From: Psammoneis japonica
Taxonomy: Eukaryota
Direction: 5' to 3'
Assembly (NCBI GenBank): GCA_008632985.1
Contig: QPGO01000001.1
Coordinates: forward strand, 1 to 64,000
Length of the DNA stretch: 64,000 nucleotides
Shown here: positions 26,586-38,345 of the stretch, one piece after another
Position numbering within the stretch: position 1 is the first letter of the stretch
Layout: each line of letters starts with the position of its first letter
Notes under the pieces: generated by a model
The model's database searches: none
What the model was told of the DNA's origin: nothing
Seen by the model: the letters and a program-made list of their open reading frames with translations, nothing else
Position numbers and translations under genes: made by a program

Positions 26586-28569
26586 GACGCGTTCCAGCCC
26601 CAGGTGCACCACGGTTCATCCATAACATTTGCGTCTGTAGAGCGATATTTTTAGTGCCAGCGTAGAAATAGTACTTAGATCTTGTGTAGACTTGTGACGG
26701 CAAGACCGCAACGGAAGATTGCACATTTTTTTTCTCAACCCGAAACCTTCACCATGACGCTGGAAGTGTTTCGACGGCCATCGTAAGTGTATCATGTACT
26801 GACAATCAGCGTATTGTATCATTAACCTTCGAAGGAATATCTCACAATGCTTGTTTGCTTGAAATTGCGCGGAAATTAAAGAAATTCAGTTGCCAACAAT
26901 CAGGAAGAAATGTTGTAGCATTCCGAGGGTGCCGACAAGTAGTAACACGGCGGGGTTTCGTGTCTGTTCATCTTATTGAACCGACAGCTGGAATATTGTC
27001 TCTTTTGAATATTCAAGGTGAGTTAAATGTGAACATTACAATTCAAAACAATCCCAAAATATCGAAATGTGCTTTTCAATTTTCTCACTTTCAATTTCTT
27101 CTCTCTTGTGCACTCTGAAGAAGAAGCAAGAGTACTCGATTGATTAACGCTTCTGTTACAGTATCAAGGTCTAACATTGTCATATGAGAACGCAAGAATG
27201 CGAGTGTGGTGGATCAACTGCCACATTTAGCACCGCTGGTTTGTTTTTTGCTCCGTTCGACACCAGTCGTTGCACCTGTCGATTCCACCCGCTGCGCCGA
27301 GGAAAGAAAGTGAGAAGGCCTTTTAGTTTTCGTTTCATTGTGGTGCAAAGCTCTTATGTTGTCGTCAGTGTGTGTAAGAATGCGAATGTATGGTTTGAAG
27401 TGTTTGGTATTGACTAAACCTTGCTTTGCCTTTTGTTGCACATTCTCACTTTCAACATGTTCTCTCTGTGGACTCCGAAGAAAAAGAAGCGAGCACTCGT
27501 TTGATTTTAGCTTCCATTGCAGTGGTAAGCTCTCATATTGTCAAGTGGATATTCACGAATGAGAATGTGGGTGCATCATGTACCACCATGTTCATCGGCT
27601 CGTTTGTTGCTTCCTACATTCGACACAAGACGTTGCTCCGATCCAAACCAACCGGTGCAGAGGAAAACAGTGAGAAGGCTTAATGGCTTTTGGTTTTATG
27701 CGGTACAAAGCTCTCATGCTGTAGTTTAGACATGTTAGAATGTAAATATGGCTTACACTTTTTACTACTGACTAAGTCTTTGCCAAAACAGTCGACAAAG
27801 AAGGCGCATTAGCTAGCAGACGAAGATGGCGAAACAGGATTCCAAAAATGTGTCGGTGATGTTCGCAACATTCCCGCTTCAAACCCTCGGTACAGGCTTC
27901 CCATATATGCTCGGTATGTATCAAGGTTGGCATATGGAGCCATCGAACCGAGGGTCTTCATACCTTTACCCGACATTACGCAACGGCTTTCGCTCATCGT
28001 CGAAGAAAAAAAAAAATGTTTTGCGCTACGATCTTTGTTTCTGGTAGAGCACTCGTAGAAATCTACGTGCTAAGTAAGACATGTGTTTATTCTGAGAATT
28101 CCGAATTCCTACAACATCGTCTGTAATTGACACGAAATATTTTTAGTCATATGATTCGACGCTAATACCACCGCACGTAGAAGTTGAACCGGGAGCTCGT
28201 AGTGCTGACGTGTGACACAAATAATTTTTATCATCCGTCGCATGTTTCGCACGTAGCTTTCTACGTGTGATATTTAAAAAAAATTGTCCAGACTCGCTGT
28301 TTTGCGAAGCCCCAGACGTTTTATATAACGAATTTATAGAAACAAAAATGCGCCAGTTACATTCTTCAATGTCTGAAGAATGTAACTGGCTAAGTAAAAA
28401 ATGATGTACTTCAAACAACATGGGCGAGTTTGTGCGTTCGCAAAATTGCCTCATTTTCTGTTGGCGATCATTGACATTTTAATTACCGTATAATTTTACT
28501 ACGGAGCTCGCACGTAGAAGTCTACGGGCCCAATGTCACACGGATTCCCACCTACGTCTGGAACGCGTC
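26586..28569. mobile_element. 1.98-kb non-autonomous element of the GAC...GTC family, TA content intact
   Basis: Perfect 12-bp TIR gacgcgttccag / ctggaacgcgtc, TSD tgac, right end homologous to the MITE ends; no convincing ORF. Confidence 0.9.
27082..27785 (+). repeat. Diverged ~360-bp direct tandem repeat inside the 2-kb element
   Basis: ttctcactttcaa...gtgagaaggc...tgactaa occurs from ~27082 and again from ~27443. Confidence 0.75.
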
Positions 28570-28920
28570 TGACGCAGTTTTTTAATCAGCTCCCCAAGTG
28601 TTCTCCAGCACAAATGCACATGCACAATTCTGGTGCAAAAAACAGCGTGGACTTGGGTCGAGCTCCACAATCGATCTAAAATCATCCAAAACAATTGCAA
28701 GCTCCACAGCTTTCAAGGGTCTAAAATGGGCGTTGGGAACAGCATCGGAAACGAGCCACAAAAGCAGCACCTTTGTTGCCGCTCAAGCAGCAAATGAAGA
28801 ACAGAGTCTCTCCTCTTCTGTTTTCTCTTTTTTTCTCTTTTCTCTTCTTTCTTTTCCTTTTTCTCTTCACCTTTCCCTTTTCAGTCTAAAATGCACTCCA
28901 GCGGCATGGTCTAAAAACCT

Positions 28921-31900
28921 GGTTGGGCTCACAGTGCATGTTGCTGGATCTTTCAATCGAGAGCTCGTGCTCATGCATGCAGATTTTGCACTGTGACACT
29001 TGTGCAAAAACCACGCGGTTTTTAAAAAATGCCTGGATTCAGCCAATCAGAAGCTCCGAAATCATCCTCTCACGCTCGCGTCAGCAACAAATCTTTCCGA
29101 GGTGTGCCACAAAGTGCGGCAAAATGCCGACACGACAATGCACTGACAACAAACAACAATGAAAGCAACAATGCAATGACCTTCAATTCATCACGACAAC
29201 CATGGCACCAGGCAGAAAGAAAGGCTCCAAGGACAAGATGCAAAGAAAGAAGCGACCAAGGTTGTCTGAAGAACAAAAGGCTGAGAGGAAGAGGAAGATT
29301 GCCGCGGCAAAAGCCACAAAAGGCAGAAAAGGCAGAGAAGCAATGCAGCTGGCTCTGAATGGTGGATTTGCAAGAGCTGGAGCTCCTTGTGACAAAGAAG
29401 AGGAAGAGGTTGAGACACAGGTTGCTCAAGGTGAGCAAGAGCAGCAAGACAAGGTGGGGAGCCCTTTGCTGCCTGTGGACTTTCCAGCTGTCATGGCAGA
29501 GCTTGACTTTGATGATGATGGAGGTGTTTTTTCTGAAGAAGAAAGCAAGGACACTGGCAAACCTGGAGGAGTCATGGCACAATGTCTTGCAGCCATTCAA
29601 GCTCAACTCAGGAGAGAGACAACTGGAGGTGGTGTTGGGGCACGTGACCAACCATGGCTGTTGGAAATGTTGAAGTCACAGGACTGGAGAATCCCACCTT
29701 GGAAGTGATGCACAAAGCAATTCTGCCAGCAGCAGTGATTTTCCGACGTGTGTTGCAGACTTGCAGGACATGAGAGTCACGCACAGCGATGCAGAGACAA
29801 ATGCCGCCGTGGGCGCACTTAGAGATGCAACAAGGCGGAAACCAGAAAGTGAGAGGGTGGTTGGAACCGATTGTGAATGGCCAACAGCAAAGAACTCACA
29901 AGGAATGGCAGTGTCAAGTGGAAAGACTGGCACAACTCAGCTTGCATGTTGTGCCAACGATGGCTCAACCAAATGCCTCACAATGTCATGGGGGGAAAGA
30001 GACCACATCCCGCCTCGTCTCAAAGCTTTCCTGAGTGACCCAGAGATTCCATTTGCAGGCATTGGAGCAACTGGTGACTTCAAGAAAATGGGCCGCAATT
30101 TTGGCTGTAACGAATTCACAAAAGAGATGGCAAATGTTCAGAATCTTGGGACGCATGCACGAAAGCGAGACGTTTTGCAGAACGGAGCCGCAGGTCCAGA
30201 TGTGCTCGTGAAACTTGCTCTTTGCAAAACCTTGGAAATGCCAATTAATGTGCAACTCTCCAACTGGTCAGTCCATCCTTGTCACCAGAGCAGATTCAAT
30301 GTGCAGCTGTTGACGCCATCAAGTCATTGGAGGCATGCCTGAAGCTGCAGGAAATGCCGGATCTTACAACAAGGTTGCTTCAAGAGGATGCAGTGGCAGG
30401 CACCGCAGTGGATCTTGTTCCCAGTCGTGGAAGCATGTCTTCCATGGCAACAGAGCTGGATGGGGAATGACAGTTGATGAGTCAGCAGCCAACAGTCCTG
30501 CAAATTGCATGCCAGCTCAGATGACAGTTTGTTGCGCAAGACGCACCTCGACAGCAGCGCAAGTCGACAAAGTTGCTGCACCCCATCTCACAGTTCCTGG
30601 GTTGAAGACGAGTGCGGGTGACAAAGTGTGCCTTGGCGACTTTGGCAAGACTCTTTTTTCGATGGTGCTGCCACTGTCTGTGCTGAAACAACACGTCCAA
30701 TCCGAGGATGTCAGAAACGTCCCCACTCCCAATGACGCCGCACCTGACAACAGCAACACAAGGACTGCACCGGCACCTGCACCAGTGAACAATCGGTGAC
30801 AAGAAGATGATGAAACAAGTGAAAGTGAGGAGTTCGAGTCAACCAATGAAGATGACAATGAAGACATTGACACCTTGTCCGAAACACTCACCACGGCTGA
30901 CATTGAATGCATCAGGCAATGCAAAGCTTCAGCCAGAGGTGCCAAAGCCGGCAAAATGTCTCTGTCGCATCCTCACCTTGACGACCCACCTGAACCCAAA
31001 GAAATGCAAGACTTGTTCTCATGCACAAATGGAGATGGATTTCACAGCAGCAATGAAGGTGGCCCTTCGTGAAGCCAAGTGCGCTTGGAACCCACAGAAG
31101 CTGCAAGAAGTGAAGCAGGCGATGATCGAAGATGGTTTCACAGAGACCAAAATCGAACTGGAAATTGCCATTGATCAAAATTTTTCCGAGACTGCATTGA
31201 CCATCGGAAGTTGCTGCTGAAACAGTTGCATTGGCAAGTCCGCGCTGCATGTGTGCTGTTGGGCAACAAAACAGACAGTGAGACCGGGCAACCAATTTTC
31301 AACAAGAGAGCATGGAAGAAGGCGAGCGGGGTTCTGAAAAGCATCCTGGCTGGGTGCATGTCCGATCCTCCTGGAGCATCATTCTGCACGCTCCGGCTCA
31401 ACAGTTCAGGAGAACCAATGAAGAACAAGTGTGGGTTTGATCTCCTTGACTGCAACCGGGGAACCAGAGACGTTGAGTCAACACGGAGTTGAAAGTGAAA
31501 CAGGCAATGATGAAGATGGTTTCACAGAGACGAAATGAACTGGAAATGTGCCATCGATCAAATTTTTCCGAGACTGCATTGACCGTTGGAAGTTGCCGCT
31601 GAAACAGTTGCATTGGCGAGTCTGCACTGCATGTGTGCTGTTGGGCAACAAAACAGACAGTGAGACGGGCAACCAATTTTCAACAAGAGAGCATGGAAGA
31701 AGGCAAACGGGGTTCTGAAAAGTGTCCTGGCTGGGTGCATGTCCGATCCTCCTGGAGTGTCATTCCACGTGCTCCGGCTCAACAGTTCAGGAGAACCAAT
31801 GAAGAACAAGCATGGGTTTAATCTCCTGACTGCAACCGGGGAACCAGCGACATTGAGTCAACACACAAGCAAATGTGACTGTGTTGGGACTTGGTGCGCC

Positions 31901-33982
31901 GGAGTTGAAATGTCGGATTGCCTTTCAAGCGAGCGTCGGCATCATACAATCATCGAAGCTCGGAACGTCGGCACCAGGGCTTCCCAAGGGTTGGTCATTT
32001 GACACTTGGCTGATTGATTGGGCACAGCTCCCAGTTGAAGAGAACCATGGCATTCTGTTCCACCCCAAATGGACCAATTCAAGTGATTGCAAAGGCACAC
32101 CAGAGAGCTTTGACACAGCTCCATTGCACAATCAGGAGCTGGCAAACACTGTTGAAGACATCTCCAAATCGAATTCTGGACAAAGAGTGACAAGGGAAAA
32201 AAGGGGGAGGAACATAAAGTGAGATTGACAAGAGACCAGGCGCATCTTGCAGCTGCCATGGGATCAAAACTGCCATTCTCACCTGTTCGCGGAGTGGATG
32301 AGATGAGACTTTTCTCCAGGCTTCGTCCAGAGTCTCGTCATGATGCCCGCAAGTGCAGCATCGAATGGACCAAGCACTGCAACGGCGTGACCATCTTTCC
32401 AAAGCTCAAGGTGCACCTCAACATGCATGACGAGCGGTGGAAACAAAACCAAAGGACCAAAGACGCCGTCCAAGGTGCAAGAACTGTTTTCGAAGCTCTT
32501 GCAAACTTGAGCCAAACTCTGCAACAGGAGGCATGCAACAGAGATTCAAGCAATGCTGCAACAGAAATCCTTGGTGATGAAAATGATGATGCACCAAATG
32601 GCAGCACCAGTTCAGTGGAAGTGCCATCTCAAAATCAACAGGACCCTGCATTTCACAATGCACATTGGCCCACACCCTTGGCGCCACGCACTCTTGACTT
32701 GCCGTTGCAGTGTGATCATCACAATGATGAAATGCCAATCATGGTTGGTGGAGTGCAGATGTGTCCTCTGAACCATGTGATGCCTGCTGGGGAAGAAAAC
32801 CAAGCAACAACAACAAGAAGAGGCGAGCGCAGCAGCAAAACCAGGAAACAAAGCAGTCGTCGTTGCATGCGCTGCGTCCGATGCGGGGAAGACAAGGCCC
32901 TCAAATGCAGAGGCCGACACCCAAGGCTGGGACAAGAGAAATGACACAAAGTCATGAGAATGAAAGAGAAGTGGGGCGTGACGGCGGCCAGACAACTCAA
33001 CCAAATCAAGGAATGAATGCCATGATGCCTGTCAACAAGCTCAAGTCTGACACAGAAAAAATGTGACAACAAGTTGACAAGACTGCAGGTGAGATGGGCA
33101 ACAACATGCAACAACATCAGCAGCAAAAAAGGTCACAACAAATGTGCTCCCGAGCAGCACTGCTTGCTCTGCCATGCCTGTTGCAACTGAGACAAGGGAT
33201 GTCTCAATTGAAACGGGTTGGTTGACAGGAAGAAAGTGCCAAAAATGATGTCACATTTGGCAGCAACCACACTCTCAGTGAAACAAAGGAACCCCACAGA
33301 TCCAATTTGCTGCCCCATCAACATGTCAACGGAAACCTGCCTGATGCAGAAATGCAAAAATTCACACTGGAACAAATGTCACAAGACAGGCAACAATGTC
33401 ATCAGCAAAAAAGTTTGTGAGGGACACACACACAAGTGTCACTCACCATGCACACCTGGACGTGAGCTTCACAAGAAAAACAGCCAACGACACAGACAGC
33501 AATCATCGTGTGCCTTGTGCAACCAAACCAAGTGACACCACTGCAAGCTTCAAGATGACAGCATCTTTGACATCCACACAATTATAGACTGCCACAAAAT
33601 GGGTGGGTTCTGTGCTCTTCAATCTGTCAAGAAAGAACAAAAACAGCAACAAAAGTGGTGAGCAATGCGTGTGAATGACAGCACAATCATGCAAGGCAGT
33701 CATTGTCCATTTTTTGATTCAACCTCACCTCTCTTTTCATTGATGCACTCATCAGAACAAAATGTGATGCATGGTGCAATGGAGACATTGGCAGCAACCG
33801 CATTGGCAACAATGTCTAACACCGCCTGTCGCCGCTGTCATGGCCTGTTTTTTGCAATGATGTTCTCACGAGGGAGATTCTCAGCTCGCGCCGGATCGCG
33901 TTTTTGCACACATTTCCACACAGTCTAAAAAAGTTTGTACATGCTGACTGCAGGTTTTTCATGCCAAAACTGACGTTTGACC
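28921..33982 (+). mobile_element. DUF6729-type DNA transposon with WRN-like 3'-5' exonuclease domain, copy B
   Basis: Shares 5' and 3' ends with copy A. Exonuclease motifs VVGTDCEWP...QLA...LKAFL.DP.I...G...D and SNW...L..EQIQCAAVDA (YAAxDA). Internal deletion at ~29705; ~383-bp duplication 31107-31864. Confidence 0.8.
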
Positions 33983-34169
33983 TCACACAATGCACTCATG
34001 TCTGTGAGATGTGACAACTGACATCATTTGATGATCACTGCAACACAGACACAGCCATCTTGGTTCGTCCATCTCAGACGGACGCGCCGCAATCCTCTGG
34101 TCTTTTTTCATCTCACTCACCATCAGTGCCAACCTGTGCAAGAGAGTTCTGAGAGAAGGAATTGCAGCA

Positions 34170-37100
34170 GAATGGAGAAGTGTTGTTCCCGAAAGCTTCC
34201 CAGCACCATGGGCATTCAGTCCCAGGCTCGAAAGCCTGCCACAAAAAAAGCAAAGGAGCGAGCTTTTTATGGAATCGCGAAGTTGTCGGGAAAAATCACG
34301 CCTCGGTTTTCAACATCACCGGCGTCGAAGGCAGAATTGCAAATTCTTGCTCCACCAAACAGTCACATCACTCAGAAAAAGGTTGTTGAGTGTAAAAGGT
34401 GCAAACAAGGTCCATCCTGCAAAAAGGGCCACAACCCAAGCTGCAAACAATCCATGTGTTGTGGAAAGAACATGAGCACCGAGCAAAACGCGGCTGTCCA
34501 CCGCTTCGCTGCTGGCAACGCAAGAAAGAACGCAAAAAAAATGCAGGGTTTTCAGCGTCCAACAAAGGACAGTGTGGAGGAGCTTTTTCACACTCGCGCC
34601 AGGTCTTCCAAAAATGGCAACCAATCTGTCACGGCCGTCTCGTTGAATGCTGCTGCCACTGGCACCATCACATCAAATGCAAGTGCCATTGCTGCTGCTG
34701 CCATCAGCACTGTCACGTCAAATGGCATGGAGCATTCTGCCAATGACATTGAAGAAGATCTTCTTTCTCCACTGGTGCTGAAGAGAGAGATTCGGAAACG
34801 AATTGAGACGTGCAAGAAAAAGAAGATTCCTTGTCCCGTGCCCGGTCAGGATTTGATTTTGTGTCTTTTTGACTTGCTTCCATCTCGGTTTCATGCCGAC
34901 TCTAATGAGATCATGGGTGGAGAGGTGAGCGCCAAGAAACTCAAATGGTTTCAGAAGAACTTTCCTTCTGGTGTGCCACGTCATTTGCCATGCCGTGGGA
35001 TGACGCATCCATGGCTCCTGATGATTTGCATGCCAAGATTGAGGGAGTGACTGTTCATGTCCTCCAATGGGAATTGATTTGGCTTGGCATCCACTTGCCA
35101 TGCATTGACGGGTGTGCAGATGGCAATGTGACCCATCAACAATTCGACATCAAGAGGGAGCATCCACTGACTCCTGTCTTTGATGCAAGTGGCACCACTG
35201 ATTGGGGAACGTCTGTGTGCCACAAATGCAACAAATGTGGTTGCAAGTGCAGAGGCAACGACGCAAAGCTGCTTAAAAAGCTTCCAAGGCATCTCCAACT
35301 TTGTCATCCTGTGGATCTGCACCACGCCAGTGCCAATCCATCTTTTCATTTGACATTGCCGACGACCCGCTACATTGACCACTCCATGCAGAAGTGCAGC
35401 AACAGTGATGACATGGCTGCCTTCTTGCATTGACAACGAGGACGCAATCATCTTGACAGAGAAGAGCAGTGTTTTTTGCAGTCGATCAATGCTGGCAGGA
35501 ACTCAACAACTCCATTGTCAGCGTGCAAGGACTGGATGGGTTGATGTGGACCAACAGGACAAAATGTGAGAGACGCGCATGATGCTGTGTGCAAGTCAGA
35601 TCTTGCCAAGACTGGCATCAGTGACAACATGCGGCACACCAGAGAAATCCAGTCGGTCGGTTGCCGTGCAAGTGTCACATCAGACCACACTTTTGATCAA
35701 CTGAAAAATTACAGAGAAACGGATGGCAAGGGACTGTTCACCATGGCAAGTGAGACGGGGGAGATTGGAGGGGCGGCAGTTGCACCAACGCTTCAAACAA
35801 AAGACTGCGCCCATGCCGCGGAGCAATGTGCTTGACATCCAAACGTGAAGCCTCGTGTTCACCACTCAGACACCTGGCCAAACAAAGAAGAATTTTGGAA
35901 ACAAACTTTTGGTCAGGACATTGCATGTCGGCTTGGCCTTTGGCACTGGACCAACCAAATTGTTTGTACACTGCGGGCCACTCATGTTGATTGTTGTCAT
36001 GCAGTCCATGATTTGAAGGACTGCATGCAACACAACGACGAATCTGATGAGTTGCGCGCAGTTGATGCACTTGTCTTTGGAAGACTCGGTGGGAAGAAAA
36101 ATGCAAGGGAAGAAATTGAAGATGTCAAGAACAGTGAGAAATGGAAGAACTGCAACAAGTGCATTTGAAGGTGCGCTTGCCCTCTGGAAACTTGAAACAA
36201 AAATCTTGAGGCGTGGTTCAATCGCCATGAGTGCACGGCATCTCCTGGAGCAGCTGAAGCCAGCAGACCACATGACCCTGATTCTGGCAAGCCTCTTTTC
36301 ACCAAAGACACTAAGTTGGCAGCAGAAAATGCAACAGCATCAGCTCGTGGACTTGACGAGCCACTTGCATGTCAAGACTTGCACCACGTTGTGCACCCTT
36401 CAAAATGGTCAAAGTGCAAGCTAGACACGCATGTCACTGCCACGGGCACCGAGTCGAAACTGGAAAAATGCCATCACGTTGTCAAGCATTTTTGGAACAC
36501 CGGTTCCAGAAGCACCCTCATTGATGCTCTCTGTCTTGCTGGAACATGTGAGCACAATGCAGGAACAAGAGAGCATCTCCAAGTCGATGAGATGATGGCT
36601 GAAGAGCGCGCCAAGATTCCCCGCACACCTTTTGAGGCATCCCCACCTTTTTGAATCACAGCCGCCTTGACTGCAACAACAAGCTGGCACAAAAAGCTGG
36701 AGCTCAAAATCCTGTGCATGAGAACGTCAGAGAGTTAGCCCAGGACAATGGAGAGCAACATTTTTTGGCTTGCCCAAAGCAACTTGAACGTTTGAGAGAG
36801 GAACTCGAAACAAGGAGGGCACCCACCGGTGCAACAGCAGCATCTGCCAAAAAAGATTCTGACAGATGCATGTGCGACAAGTGCGGCACAAAAAATCCAT
36901 GTTCAACTCATTCCAACCCAGTGCCGATTGTGGAGAACCCATGCAGAAGAAAATCCAAGTCCCTGCAGCCGCCGCCGTCTGAGGAGCCACGCGCCAAAAA
37001 AAACAAAACCTTTGAATTTGCAAGAGGAGGTGGTCTTGCCACAAAAACCACCGCCAGTGCCGATTGCACCACGTCCCCTTCCACATTGTGTGATGATTCC

Positions 37101-37290
37101 CATTGCTCCTCTTTGGCCTGGTTTGCCAACATCTTTGCCGCCGTTGCAGATTCCGCCAAATCTGCAGTCGGGTCTGACTCAAAAATTCTGTTGTTTCCAA
37201 GCACAAGTTTTTCACCTTTCAAAAACAAACTTGTTGGGGGTGGCTGCTCAAGGAAGAGCACCACATGATGAACATTGTTCATCAAAGTAG
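34170..37290 (+). mobile_element. Second, divergent DUF6729-like transposase remnant
   Basis: CHKCNKC...LLKKLP, TSDHTF, SETGEI...VAPT, HSDTWP, RLGLWHW and TGTESKLEKCH motifs over several frameshifted ORFs. Confidence 0.6.
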
Positions 37291-37987
37291 CCTGTCAATG
37301 TAGATGCACAATTGCAATTGTGATTCTATCCCATGTTGCATCTTGAATTGAGGACAGATGGAAGATGGGAAACAGGGGGTGATGCCGCCTAAATAAAGTC
37401 AACCTTCGTAGATTTTCATGCACGATGGGCTGATGTCCTCTGTCTTCAACACCACAAAAACGCAACAACACCTCACATCTTGCACTCACTTCTGCCATTG
37501 CTGCATTCTTCTCCTCTCTTCCTTTCTTCTCTCTTCTTGTTTCAGCAGCAACGGGGTTGCTTTGCTCCCCCTCTCCCCCCCTCTTCTTCCATCGGCACCC
37601 CCCTGTTTTTGGCCCATGACAATCTACATGCAGTGCTCTAATTCACAACTGTGGCTCGCATTTCCCACACTTTACCATGTTGTTTTGACCTGCCTTGGAA
37701 CACCCCCGAACACTCGCGCGTTCGTCAAACCCTCACAAGACCACTGGATGGCTGCAAGAGCTGCACATTTGTGCTTCAGTGCTTCAAATGCCACTTGCAG
37801 GCCCATGCCCTGTTGTCTGGTCGAAAGAACCGCAATTTTTTTGCTAAAATTGGGCTTCTCATGGGAAAGCAGCCACAACTCTCCGGGAAATGCCAACAAG
37901 TGGCATGTGACTGGCTGCAGACACAACATGTGCAGTTGACAAGGCAAAAGTTGAGCATGGTCGTGCATGTTGTTTGAGCATTTTACA

Positions 37988-38345
37988 GTGTCTGGCAAGT
38001 GGACAAAGTTCGACCCATTGCTGAAATTTTTTTGCGAACACTCGCACATTTGCTGTGAAGCATCCCGGTTGTTTTCACAAAAGTCAGGAGCTCCCAAAAA
38101 ACAGACCACAGCACGTAGATCCATCCTTAAAACAGACAGCTGCTGCAGCTTTTGATTTGCCACCCTGCTCACCAGGGTTTGGTTCTGCATCTTCCCATTG
38201 GACACAAAATGGCGGTGTGCACCTCATGGTGTCTGGCGAGTGGACAAAGTTCAACCCATCGCTGAATTTTTTTGCAAATGTGCGCGCATTTGCTGCGAAG
38301 CATCTGGGTCATTTTTACAAAAATTACGAGCTCCCAACAAAACAC
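37988..38345 (+). repeat. ~115-bp direct repeat, ~240-bp period
   Basis: gtgtctggc(a/g)agtggacaaagttc...gagctcccaa at ~37988 and ~38229. Confidence 0.8.
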
